A model generated the notes under the pieces. The model searched no databases. It saw nothing but the letters and a program-made list of their open reading frames with translations, and was not told the DNA's origin. From positions 39,556,001 to 39,620,000 of the forward strand of contig NC_135887.1 in the NCBI RefSeq assembly GCF_964194155.1: DNA of 64,000 nt. The letters are read 5' to 3'. How positions within the stretch are numbered: the first letter of the stretch is position 1; each line of letters opens with the position of its first letter. The translations under genes were made by a program, and so were the position numbers. This document shows positions 26,172-38,814 of the stretch, in pieces. Origin of the DNA: Cetorhinus maximus. Its lineage: Eukaryota.

Positions 26172-26440
26172 CTGATGGAAAAGATGAGAATGACTGTGCT
26201 CATTGTATGATAACTCTGAACTGCAACACATGAATTGCCAGTCTAATCTTGTGCTGCAAAACTTTAATAGAAACACAGACTATCGCATGAATCTTAGTAC
26301 TGCAGGTGTGCGATGTGATATTTTGCAGAGATGCATTTAGCAGTGCACACAAGGTTTGAAAGAATTGAAGCTAAAATTGAACTTTGGTAGAGTTACACCC
26401 TTGTTGTTTTTACGTGATAATTTTTCTTTAGAAATTACAA

Positions 26441-26832
26441 ATGAAGAATGTGCATTTATATAGCACCTTTCATAACCGCAGGACATTCCAAAATACTTCA
26501 CAGCTTTGCAGCCAATGAATTTATGAAATACAGTCATTGTTGTAATGAGATAAACGACCAGATAATCTGTTTCGATGACATTGGTTGAGGGATGAATGTC
26601 AAGTGGTACAATAGGAGAACTCCCCTGCTCTTCGTCTAATAGAGTAATTGGAGTTTTTATGTCGATCTGGGAGAACAGATTAACATCTGTTGAACATCTT
26701 AGAAAAAGATGACACTTCCAACAGTGCAGCACTACATCAGTATCAGATTGTGTATCCAAGTCTCTGGAGTGGGGCCTGAAGGCACGGTCCACTGACTCAG
26801 AGGCTAAAGTGCTACTACTGAGCCAAGGCTGA
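26441..26832 (-). mobile_element. DeuSINE (SacSINE1-like)
   Basis: tRNA-like head cagccttggctcagtagtagcact, Deu-domain gaagagcaggggagttctcc...atccctcaaccaa...aacagattatctggtc, tail gaaaggtgctatataaatgca. Confidence 0.7.
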
Positions 26833-28564
26833 TCAGAAAAAAGGTAAATAGAAAAAGATGGTTTATGTTTTTGGTGGCTGATTTTCTCATGACATGAAGA
26901 TTTTATTTGATTTTAGGTTTTCAAAGTATTTTGATCAGAAGTGAAATAAATATACTTCTGTGGCCACAAAGCCCCTCTGCTCTAAAGCTCCAGCTCTGTT
27001 TTCTTTCCTATCCTGTACCCAGAAATCCACCTCTGTTGCTCCCTAACTAATGCTCTTTGTAAAATGTTGTTATTGTGCATGACCAGCTTTTTCAATGCAC
27101 AGTACCCTTAAATTGATTTGCATGGTATTCAACACGGAACAAATTCTGCACGATATCTTCCAGAAATGCTCATGCACAGCTTAGTGGGAACACTGCCTCT
27201 ATCCTCTGCCCTGTAACATCTTGTTTCTTGTCCTGGACTTGAGTAAAGATGGAAACCTTCACAGGATCCTAAATTCCAATTGGACATTTCCTGGCAGCTG
27301 GTTAATGCCCACTTCTCACTGTTCCCCCAGTGTTAGTCACAGTTTCCACTGCTGGCCAGGACTATTATTGTAATGAGGAAACTACTGCAATGTAAATGCT
27401 GGAAATCTGAAATAAAAACAGAAAATGCTGGAAATGCAACATTTGAAAGTGACTACCTCACGTTGTACATGTATATCCTTAATTCTGATAAAAAGGTCCT
27501 ATCCTGTAATGTAGCTACTGATAGAAAGGTATAATTCATTCAAAATATGCTACACTGATTGGAAGGGAAAGATTATTAAATTCACCAAGTACAGTAAGAG
27601 CACAGAATATTTTCTTAATTTTGCTTCATTTTAATGTTGCAATAAAGCAGATTCTTCTGATCGACACCATTCTGATCACCATGGCATTTTTATTCTTTCC
27701 TGTAATGTGGGAGTCACGGGTAAGGTCAGCATTTGTTGCGCATCCCTAATAACCCTTGAACTGAGAGGCTTGCTAGGCCATTTCTGTGGGCAGTTACTGA
27801 TCTATGCTCCAACCCCCATGTTACTGATACATACTTGATTCTCATTTTACTGACACCATTCTCAATATATGCTGACAACAGCCTGGAGAGGCGAAGGGAG
27901 AAATTTCATTTAAAATTAAACAAAGCAGGTCTGTTCTTTCAATGAATTTACTTGCAAGATGTTGTCTTGCTCAGACTGGTTAAGTTTGCACCACACTATT
28001 TACTGTTCATACAACCCCCATTATTCAGAAATGTCCATTCACAACACTAACCGAAGACCTTAATTTATATAACGTCTAATAATGCAATCCCATGACTCCA
28101 ACAGGGAGCGTGGGTCACAAATGGTACTACAGCACTATGGTGCTGGTTCTCCTTATGAGCACAGTACCCGATGGGAGCAAGGAATTGCAGAATCATCCGT
28201 CTGGTGCCTCATAATATCTCACAAAGTGATTCTCATAAATAGTTACTTTTGCCTTCCTAACAGCACTGTGGGTGTACCTATGCCACATAGACTGCAGGGG
28301 TTCAAGAAGCTGCCTCACCACCACCTCAAGAGCAATTAGGGATGGGCAATAAATGCTGGCCCAGTCAGCGATGCCAACACTCCATGAAAGAAGAAATAAA
28401 AAGCTGGCGCTGGTCCAGAGATAAGCAACAGTCATTTTATGCACAAGACACCACACAGAACAACAAGAGAACTAATTAATCTGGTTTTGGCAATGTTGTT
28501 TAAGAAAAGAATGTTAGCCAGGCCACTGAAAGAATTCCCACTGCTTTCAAAAGTGCCATGGCAT

Positions 28565-28960
28565 TTTTTATTCTTTCATGTAATGTGGGTGTAACAGGTA
28601 AGGCCAGCATTTGTTGCCCATTCCTAATAGCCCTTGAACTGAATGGCTTACTAGGCCATTTCAGAGGGCGGTTAATAGTCAACCACATTACTGTGGGTCT
28701 GGAGTCATATGTAGTCCAGACCAGGTAAGAATGGCAGATTTCCTGCCCTAAAGGACATTAGTGAACCAGATGGGTTTTTACAATTGATGATAGTTGTCAT
28801 GTACCATTACTGAAACTAGCTTTATATTCCAGATTTATTAATTGAATTCAAATTCCAACAGCTGCTGTGATGGGATTTGAACCCATGTCCCCAGGCCATT
28901 AGCTTGGACCCCTGGATTACTAGTCCAGTGACATTCTCACTGTGCATTCATCTCCCCAGT
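28565..28960 (-). mobile_element. tRNA-derived SINE sharing the family A LINE 3' tail
   Basis: Head aatgtcactggactagtaatccag...gggttcaaatccca; tail gggctattaggaatgggcaacaaatgctggcc. Confidence 0.75.
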
Positions 28961-28964
28961 GACA

Positions 28965-29810
28965 GGGAGATCAGCATTCAAGGCCCCAAACACTCCTTTC
29001 AGGTGAAGCAGCGCTTCACTTGCACCTCCTTCAATTTGGTTAACTGTTTTTGCTGCTCCCAATGCGGTCTCCTCTACATTGGAGGTTAAACACAGACTGG
29101 GTGACCGTTTTGTGGAACACCTTATCTCAGTCCGCAAGCATGACCCAGACCTTCCTGTTGCTTACCATTTCAACTCAGCATCTTGATCTCATGCCCACGT
29201 GTCCGTCCTTGGCCTACTGCAATGTTCTAGTGAAGCCCTACGCAAACTGGAGGAACAGCACCTCATCTTCTGATTAAGCACTTTACAGCCTTCCAGACTT
29301 AACATTGAGTTCAACAACTTCAGACCATGAACTCTCTCCTCCATCTTTATCCCTTTTTTAATCCAATTTTTAAAAAAAATTATTTATTCATGTTTAAAAC
29401 AAACTTATTTTTTATCCCTTTTCCACAACTCCCCTTGCATCCTCCCGCCCCACAGGGCCATCTGTCACTTGTTTTGTTTTGCTTTCACAGAGCACTGACC
29501 CTTGTTTTGCTATTTCTGCTATCTTACCTTTACACCATTATCAGCACCTCCTTTAGTCTTTAACACTACCATTAACACTCCCTTTGTCCCTTGTCCATGA
29601 CATCTTTGTCAAATTTTTCTTGAGCTCCCACCTATCCCTGACCTATTTTGTTCCACCTGCTCCATCCCTCTTAAACAGTAGAAAATCCATCACATTTCTA
29701 CTTCTCTTTAGCTCTAAAGAAGAATTATATGGACTCGAAACATTAACTCGGTTTCTCTCCACAGATGCTGCCACATCTGCTGAGTTTTTCCAGCATTTTC
29801 TGTTTTTATT
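28965..29810 (+). mobile_element. Penelope-like element 3' part (GIY-YIG endonuclease remnant)
   Basis: FQVKQRFTCTSFNLVNCFCCSQCGLLYIG..RLGDRFVEHL..VRKHDPDLPVAYHFN, and the terminal acagatgctgcc...ctgctgagtttttccagcattttctgtttttatt. Confidence 0.8.
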
Positions 29811-30502
29811 CCACTTCAATCATAACAGGTTGAAGGGACCTAGTGTGATGCTCAAACCTACAACCTTCTGATTTTAAGGCAAGTGACCTACCAACTGAAC
29901 CAAACTGACAATCAGCTATAGAGACTGCAGTGATAATAAGCCAATCATCCATCAACACAAAGTGTTGTGAGATACTCGGAGATTTGTGCCTCAATATACA
30001 ATGGAGTTACCCTATTTCGAACAAGTCTACCAGTAGTACCAGTAGTGCAGATTGAGAGACATAAACTGTTTTAAACAGAAGCAACATCAGGAAACAAATT
30101 AATGTAAGAAAACACCTTTGTTCTGTTGGCTTCTACAGCCAATCATGTGGATTTTTTGCACTGAGATGATTATTGCTTAACAGAAAAAAGGTGATTTGTT
30201 GGGAAGGAAAAAGAAATAACTTACATTCAATGAAATGACTAAGCTATAGTTCTGCTCTAATAAAGCGATTAAAAGGAAAACCATACAAAGCCTTTTAAAC
30301 ACTGATTAACCAAACAGATTTTACATAATACGCTGTTTCTTATTTTGTACATGCAGTGAATAAAACTTGAAAGGGCACATTCATTTAAATAAGGTGTTCC
30401 CATATATTGCAGGGATTTATTACGTGGAAAGCTGCACAAAGGAATCCTCAAACACACACAAAGGTCTACATGCTAAAGAGGGAGGAATGTGGTGCTGTGT
30501 AC

Positions 30503-30523
30503 CTGCATGCAATCCAAGGTATT
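30503..30523 (-). CDS. TSPOAP1: TSPOAP1 21-nt microexon, NTLDCMQ
   Basis: ttctcctgttaatag|AAT ACC TTG GAT TGC ATG CAG|gtacac. Fills the gap where recalled mammalian TSPOAP1 has STLDSMQ. Confidence 0.8.
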
Positions 30524-31959
30524 CTATTAACAGGAGAAATAGAAAATGGAACACCATTAAATAGAAGCATGCTTCAAACCATTAGAGATTCTCAATCCAA
30601 TAAATTGCACACATCATTCAATAAAGAAATGTACCAGCTCCAGCTGTAAAACTAGGCAGGTCAACTCCTACAATTTAACAGAGATCAGTGATAAATGTTA
30701 TGCAACAAGATAAAATCTAGCTCTGCCCAGTCAGGCATTTTTAGCTCTAATGCATTCTTCTAAAGGAGGTGCTAGGTGCTAAAGAGTTTCAATAATAGTA
30801 TCCTACTGCAGACCTCTTTAATAAGATATAGCTACCCAGAGATCATTAGCAGCTCACCATCACCCCAGATTGCTTTTACACATTTGCTGTTGCTTACATT
30901 TCACAGATGTTACACAGATGTGTGTGTTCTGAGTGAATGCAACAAAGTTATTAATGTACATCAAGTTCCTGTGCCTGGAATCCAGTTAAGTAGTTGCCAT
31001 TTCCACAATATTTTAGCCAGATGCAATCAGTAGCGTAACATCAGCTGGTGATGAAAGACCACTCAATCTCTGCACGGCCATCAGTTTGTGAAATCACTTA
31101 GTATGACGAATACTTTTTCTGTACATGTGAAATGATAAAATGGTAGTGCCAGAAGTTGCAACCAAACCAACACCTTTACATTTATGGGTTGAGAATGTAC
31201 AAAAATGAGGTGCATATCTATAGATAATAGGAACATGCTCGTGATTTGTGAACTCCATCAGGGTCACAATCATTGTCTGGAATCCTTCATGCTGCTTGCC
31301 AGCAGTCCGTATGGAGTAAAAACAGGTTAATCACATTAACTTCACTCATCCTCACAAGCTAAATGAGTAGCTAAAAATCCATATCCGGTCTAGGGAGACA
31401 GTCAAATACATTTAGGAGCAGCTGGCCCTGAATGGCTGGATACAGAATGGCTCCATAGTGGGCTGGAATCAGAGCATCTATTGACACCAATGCATCAACC
31501 AAAGAGTTGGAGGCAGAATGGGACTTACGCCAAGACTAGGCAGTCTATTTGACAGCAGAGTTGATTTACACAGCAAAGTGCAAAGAGAACTTACTTAAAT
31601 GGCTCACTGTGCAGTAACAGTCTAAAAGTCTATATGAACAAAAACAAACAGAACACATGACCGAAACTGCAGCAAAGTCGCTTAAAGCAGGGCAATTTCA
31701 CTGGCAAAATGCCGTGAGTGCATATGCTACGTGTAAAATCAATCCCAGTCACACTCACCAGTGCACGCTCCAGACATGATTGGTGAGGGAATTCACCAAT
31801 CATCTCCATTCTGGTTTGGAATAATAGTGTCGCTATATGCAGCTGCTGGATATAGATTGGCTTGAGAGCACTCAGCATTGAGTGGCCTGGGAACTGAATA
31901 GATCAGAATGTGCTATCAAAATTCTTCAGGTTATGGCATCTGGAATCTGTCTGTGGGCT

Positions 31960-32360
31960 GTTTTTAGGTACAGAATGTATTGTTCGGAAGCTGTCCACAT
32001 GATGTTTATAGCTATAAGTTTTCCTGTTTGGAAGCTGTGTGTGGTGTCTGTAGGCTCAGCATGTGCTGTCAAGAAGCAATATGTGCATTGTCTTCAGGTA
32101 CACAGCTTCCACACAGCACACTCTGTATGGTGTCTGTAGGCATAACGTGCGATGTCTGGAGGTTGTGTATGATGTCTGTAGGCAAAGTGTGTGATATCTG
32201 GAAGTTGTGTATGGTGTCTGTAGGCACAGAGTGATGTCCGGAAGTTGTGTATGGTGTATGTAGGAGGCAGAGTGTGTTGTCTGGAAGTTGTGTATGGTGT
32301 CTGAGGCACCAAGTGTGTTTTCTTGAAGCTGTGAGTAGCGTCTGTAGGCACAGTGTGTGC
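31960..32360. repeat. Degenerate ~42-bp minisatellite
   Basis: Recurrent ctggaagttgtgtatggtgtctgtaggcacag unit, roughly 7-8 copies. Confidence 0.8.
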
Positions 32361-32619
32361 CTGGGCTTTGACACCTGCATTGATGCTACAGATGGAAAGA
32401 AAATATTGAGGAGCGATCCGCCTGAGTGCAGCGAATACATATAAATTCCCCCAGTTCCTCTACATGTGTAAGTCCAGACCTCCCGATTTTCCAATTTACA
32501 CTGTATTTGGGCAATCGAGTGCTCCTGCACACAGACCCAGGAGTTATTTCCCCTTTTTTAGAGCATTTAGTGGTTGAGAAGTGATTTATTTTATAAAACA
32601 CTGCTTCACCCTCAACTGA

Positions 32620-33155
32620 AGAACTGTGTCCACACTTTAGGAAGGATGTGAAGGTATTAAGAGCGCGTGCAGAAAAGATTCATAAGAATGGCTCCACCTG
32701 AGGGAATTTCAGTTACATAGAAAGATTAAAGAAGTTGGGACTGTTCTCCTTGGACAAGAGAAGGTTGAGAGGAGATTTTGATGTAAGTATTCAAAATCAT
32801 TAAGGTCTGGAGAGAGTAGATAGGGAGAAACTGTTCCCATTGGTGGAAGGATTGAGAACTAGAGGGCACAGATTTAAGGTAATTGGCAAAAGAAGCAATG
32901 GTGACATGAGGAATCTTTTTTATGCAGGAATGATTAGGACCTGGAATGTACTGCCTATGAGTGTGGTGAAGGCAGGGACAATTGAGGCCTTTAAAAAGGG
33001 AACTGGGTCATTATGTGAAAAGTAGAAATTTGCAGGGCTATGGGGAAAAGGCAGGGGAGTCGCACTAGGTGAATTGCTCCTTCAGAGGTGCAGCACAGAC
33101 ACAATGGACCAAATGGCCTCCATCTGTGCTGTATAACTATTTTATGACTGTATGA
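32620..33155 (+). mobile_element. CR1 (family B) 3' fragment
   Basis: RTRGHRFKVIGKR motif and 3' tail atggaccaaatggcctccatctgtgctgtat. Confidence 0.75.
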
Positions 33156-33705
33156 TTTTTACAGAACATTTGGGGCTTCACACCCAGAATTACACTTGCT
33201 TAAAGTTGGAGTGAGGTTACTTGAGACTCCTGCACAAATTCTACAGAAGATATCCCACATAAGTTACAATTGAAAGCCATAACTGTATATTCAGTACCAG
33301 ACTCAAGATGTCTTCCATTAGCAGTACCTGGTTGCTATCTGTTGCTGTGGGTGTTGCTGTGCCTGCAAACACTGCAAGATCATTTAAACAGGATTCATGC
33401 CAGAGTCATCCATCTCTCCTTGAAGTCAATACAATGACAAAACCATCGAAGAGATCAGTGAAAGAGCTGAGAGTTCAAACACTGAGGATGCTCAAACAGC
33501 TAAGTGTGGATTTCACTTTCCAATGACAGGTTTCATGGTAGGCTGAGGATTCAGTTAGAAATGTGTTTGTGAACATTGATCACATGTAGTTCTGAAGGAG
33601 AGTCATATTAGACCCAAAATGTTAACCCTGTTTCACTCTGCACAGACACTGCCAGATCTGCTGAGTTTCTCCAGCATTTTCTGATTTTATAACATGTTCT
33701 CTTAC

Positions 33706-33756
33706 CTCCAGTAACTGGACCACACCTTCATGTTCCTTCTTTGCTTCAAACTGAGC
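33706..33756 (-). CDS. TSPOAP1: TSPOAP1 exon (51 nt): AQFEAKKEHEGVVQLLE
   Basis: ttcaaattaag|GCT CAG TTT ... CTG GAG|gtaaga; matches the family motif AQxEAxxEHEGAVxLLE. Confidence 0.88.
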
Positions 33757-34733
33757 CTTAATTTGAAAAACAAAGCAGGTTAATTAAAGTTCTGTACATT
33801 GACTGCTGCCTGCACCAGGAGGTTTAGAAAAAACTATTTTTAATGGGGTGATTAGACTCTGGGATTGTCTGTCACAAACCATTATTAATGCAGAATCTGT
33901 TAAATGTTTTAAAAGAAATGAGATAATTACTTGAAAAAGGAAGATCAAACTTAAACTATCTTTTTTGTATGAAGAGCAGGCAGGAGACTGGGATTACGCT
34001 ACGCCATTCATTTGGGGAGAGCAGCACAGACCCAATGGCCAAATCGGCTGTTTCTACATTTGAATGTGCTATGATAATAGATTGTGCTTGAAGATGCAAC
34101 CTTTTTATCTCGATATTGATATGTCAGAATAATTGACCAGCCTAGCTTCCTCACCAACTGCTTTTATTAAAATTCCAGACCTGCCCCCTGCTCTTGGTAC
34201 ATTACGAATAGATATTCCAAGTTTCTGAAATTTCTCCCCTGCCAGAAACTTACTATGAAACATTAGTTTGCCAAATATTGTTGTCATTAAGAGTTTTTGG
34301 AAAGGATCTTAATTTTCTTTGTCCTGCTGGTTTTCATTTCACTTCTGTGAGGTGAACCAGTGTTACCAGATTTCTCAAGTGGAGTGCTATGAGTTTCAGT
34401 TCTGTGGAGCCATACTGAGCTGCAGAACTGTTAATAGACAACATTTAGGTAGGTGACAGAGCATATGTAGTCAGAATCCACACTCCAGCAATGTGCATCA
34501 CAGAGACAAAACAACAGCCTGAATTAGTTAATCTTAATATATGTGAATAGGTTGTGAGCTGAAGCAGAATTAATCCAAAAATTACTTTTCAAATAAAAAC
34601 CCAGCTTTAAAAGTGTAGCCTGTCCCAAATGAAATCCTATACCTACCTGTAACTGGCATATTGATGAGGAATCAATTTTAAAACATGAATATACTTTCAC
34701 AAGCTCCTTGATGGATCAGCAAGTTCACTCAAT

Positions 34734-36610
34734 GGTGGAATTTTCCCATAATAAAACTAAGTGCGGCGGTGGGCGGGCGGATTCGGCCGCGCCCAGCCCA
34801 CCGGCCGTAATGGCGGCAACTCGCGCCCAATTCTCTGCTTGGAGCCTCATTAACCATGCAGAGGCGTGTATCGGTCCAAATGACCTGGCAGGTCGGGAGC
34901 TGATTCTTCCGCCTGCCACCAGCTGGCAGGTTCGAAGGTCCAGGTGCCAAATTTAAACGCCGGTCCAACACACAATCTCACTCTCTCCAGCCCACCAGAG
35001 ATGTCTGGCAGCCAAAGGAGGAAGGCCAAGAGCCTGAACAGGAAGGCCGCACCCCACTTCACGCACAAGGCCCTCCAGGCCTTGATCAGAGGGATGCAGG
35101 CACACAGGCTCTGTCCCAGGGATGGCTGCAGGAAGCACAGCAGCCTCACCTCTCTGGCCTGGGAGACCATCGCGGAGCAGGTCAGGGCCCACGCCCGAAG
35201 TGCCATCCCGTGCAGGAAGAGGATGAATGATCTCTCCCGCTCCACCAGGGTGAGTCATCCTTCAACATCCTCCAATATCAAACTCTCATCATGGCATCAT
35301 GTACTCAAATGGCTACTCTCTTCAGGGGTCTCACGCAAACCATTAGTAGGGGACACATATCAACACTCATTCTCTCACTGAGACTTTCACATCACCACCA
35401 TCCCATCTATCATGTTGCTCACACTCCATCCTCTGGCCCTTCTGGGGAGGGCTCACCACACACAGGGGACATGGATCTCACTCAATCTCTGCTCCATCCC
35501 TTCTCATCACATGCCTTTCTTTCTTCTTCATACAGGACAAGCTGATGCACAACAGGCGCGAATGATCGCAGACTGGGAGAGGGGCAGCCAACATCATCAC
35601 CCTCAGTGAGTTTGAGGAGGCTGCTGCTGAGCTGGCTGGGGAGGACAGGGATCGATCCTGTGGGGAAGGGGAGATCGGCCTCTTCCACCAACCCATTATG
35701 GATCGCAGCTCCATCACTTCATCAAATCCTGACAATCACAGTGAGTCACGTGCAGTCTTATCTAGCTCATGTTCATTAGCTGAACTCTTTTTTCGAGGCA
35801 CCGGCAGATCGAGGCCCCCAAGCCAGTCCAGCACCACCAGTGCGAGTCCCCAGACTTCATCTGAGGAGGAAGCTCCGGAAGAACCATCACGGCACTGACA
35901 CGCACCCGCCACACATGTTGGTGGACCACTGATGTAGATTAGGCTCGGGCTCACTTTCTGGGGAACACTTCACTACCACATCCCTGCAGCAGTTGGGGGC
36001 AGGGACAGCCCAGGTCTCTGGCACTCTGAGGGATGCTGGAGACCAGCCACCCGCTTGGTCTGAGTCAGATGATGAGCATTTGGAAACGCTTGCCAAATCT
36101 ATGCTGGAGATGCAATGACAGGCGGCGGAACATCAGGCAGAGATTTGGCAGTCACTCAGCAGACTATAGCGAGCAAAGGAGGCTGTCTAATGTCATGGCT
36201 CCAACGGGCGAGTGCCTCGAGGTCAGCATGGGTAGCCTGGCAACCGCCATGGAGACCTTGGTCCAGCAGGTCTTGCCAGATTTGCGCTTGACCCTGCACT
36301 CCATGGCCACACACCCTGGTGAACACTATCAGGATGTGGGTGACATGGGGACAAGGCACCTTGACCCTCCCCTCCCCCCCACAGATGCATCATTTCCTGC
36401 AGGATCAGGGCGGGGCCCTCGGGCACCCACAGGGAGGATGAGCGTCAGCCAGGCACTCCAGGAGGCTCCTCTCAGGACACTCCAAGGGTTTGCAGCCACT
36501 CACAGCCACCTCTGCCTGTGACCCCATCAACTCCAGCTTCTCAGGCCGCCGTGGGAGCTTCTGCCCCTGAGCAGGTGACCCTAATCAGACTGGGGCCCTC
36601 CAGGATAGGA
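34734..36610 (+). mobile_element. Harbinger-like element with an intron-containing Myb/SANT-like pseudogene
   Basis: TIR-like ggtggaattttccc. ATG 35001: MSGSQRRK...KAAPHFTHKALQALIRGM...LAWETIAEQV...CRKRMNDLSRSTR|gtgagt (intron 35250-35535) cag|DKLMHNRRE*SQTGRGAANIITLSEFEEAAAEL. Confidence 0.75.
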
Positions 36611-36772
36611 TTAGGCTCAGGTATGATGTCTCCACAATCAAATAGTCTGCTTGTATTTATAGTCAATGTTTACACAAGAATAATAGTCACAGGCAGATTG
36701 CTGGAGATTGCAAGAGCCCAATAAGAGGTCCATGTCTTAAGCCAAAGAGGGAAAAAGATGGAATCTTACTAC

Positions 36773-36877
36773 CTGTTGCAATCGTTCCACTTCATGCTGT
36801 TTGGCCTGCAGAATTGTCAACGCTTCTTCATGTTCCAATTCCAGCTGGTGCCTGCGCTCTGCCACCTCTCGCATGTG
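36773..36877 (-). CDS. TSPOAP1: TSPOAP1 exon (105 nt): HMREVAERRHQLELEHEEALTILQAKQHEVERLQQ
   Basis: tttctctgtgcag|CAC ATG CGA ... CAA CAG|gtagta; matches the RIM-BP MREAAERRQQLQLEH motif. Confidence 0.93.
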
Positions 36878-37651
36878 CTGCACAGAGAAATGTTAATTAC
36901 TCACTGACTGCACAGGAGTTACAGTTCACAGTGCCAGATACAGCCTTCTGAAATTACACTGCCCAGTTATCGTGTACAACTCTGCAGAAGACTAAAGGTT
37001 CCCTGTACTGGGACAGCCTATTAAAAACATTAAGTTTTTTGTTTCTCAGTGGCTGTGTTAATACAGAGTGTCCTCGACTGAAGCGGTGCTGGAAATATAT
37101 TGCCTTCTATCAATGATCTGCTGGAAACACACAAACTCATACCAGGTCTTTTTGGAAATACACCACCTCATACACCTCTTTCCAGGACTAAAGCTCCTCT
37201 CCCATCCAGTTTTACATATCTCTATCTGGCCAGTTCTAAAGTTCATCCCACACTATTCAATGGATCCCTCCACCCCAGTTCTACAATGCCCCCAGCTCCA
37301 TTCAGCTATTTTCTTCCCTAATCTATAAACCCATACACCCCATAACCCCGGTTCTGCCTTCTCATTATATTTTCTATCAGTATTTGAGCTCTGTTAGGAA
37401 ATGCTCCTATTTGCACCTCAGAAACTTGGTGTCACTTGTTCAAACTTCTTCTCCTTTCATTCTGCAGGCACGAAGACTCAATGTTTAGGGAATGCTAGCA
37501 ATGTGCTGTGAGCTACCCAAGCTCTGCAATCTCCCACTAGCATATGTATTTATTATGGCAATGTTCTGTGAGTTACCTGAGCTCACCAATGTCTCACTCA
37601 CACTGCAATGTAGATTTATCTTTTTGTAAATGGTACGACTAGTGATCTTAC

Positions 37652-37774
37652 CTTCAGGACCTGCTCTAGGTTCTCCAGCTTGGCTTGGAGTCGCTGATTC
37701 TCCTTCAGGGATGAATCTCGTTCTGCTGTCACCACTGAGAGTTTCCCTCTCAGGTCATTGTTGTGAGCTTTAAT
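37652..37774 (-). CDS. TSPOAP1: TSPOAP1 exon (123 nt): IKAHNNDLRGKLSVVTAERDSSLKENQRLQAKLENLEQVLK
   Basis: tttgatgcag|ATT AAA ... CTG AAG|gtaaga; coiled coil, phase 0-0. Confidence 0.92.
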
Positions 37775-38814
37775 CTGCATCAAATACATGCATTTCAGCA
37801 CAGTGAGAAAGGGCCAAGGGAACACAATTACCAAATTTCACACTTCACTACTGTATAAAAATATACTGAATTTGTCAGCAAGCTCAGACTAATCTTCTGC
37901 TTACTTTGTAAATAATGTAGATAGCTTCTGATCACAGCAAAGGCTTGGGACCTGGACTAGTTTGGAGGTATAAGTAATGTAACAGCGTTTTACACCTAAA
38001 TTCCAGGCCCTTGGAAAATACTTGAAAAGATGCTACCTATCCATTCCTCTCCTCCCTTCCATATAACGTTTTTATTTCTAAACCAGCTCTATGTTAGCTG
38101 CAAAGAGGTGCTTGTGCATAAGGCCTAAGAAACAGCATCCCAATGTCATTCATAAGGATAAAAATGAGATGCTGGTAACTGGCAGAAAGAAAGAGAGAAA
38201 ACGAAGAACATATTTTGTAATTCCAAAACAGAATAAATTGGTATATATATATATGCTCAGTCAGAAGCTTACAAATGTATGAGAAACACTTTAGCTGAAA
38301 AAGTGGGAGAAACAGGCTACAAAATAGGGGCAAGGGAACCTAGTTCAGAATGAGGATAAAGGAACACAGTACAGAATGGGGTGAGTGGAACACAGAATGT
38401 AGGGAGGGAAAAGCAGTACAAAATAGAGCAAAGGGAGGACAAGACAACAGGAAGAGGGGTATACAGCACAGAATGGGTGAGAGAAAAGCAGGACAGAATG
38501 GAAGATGACGAGCAGTATGAGTGTGACAAAGAAGATTTCAAACCAAGTTTCTAATTTCTTTGTTCTTATGTATGTTGATTATTAAATACAAACACGTGGC
38601 TGGCAGCTATGAGAAAGCAAGTCATTTGAACAATGTCATTTAGGGAATAACAGTGGGTAGCAAAGGATTTATTGATTATAGAACATGCATTATCGTGCAA
38701 ACATAGAGCAGATATTGTCTAAGTTAAAAGATACAAATGAATTTCTGCCTCACTGGGATATGGCTGTGGAATGGTTGGCTCAGTGCACTGAGAAGGGATG
38801 AAGCCAAGCATTAC

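Noticed and set aside
31960-32360. CRISPR-like periodicity
   Set aside because: There are no unique spacers; it is a degenerate tandem repeat in vertebrate DNA.
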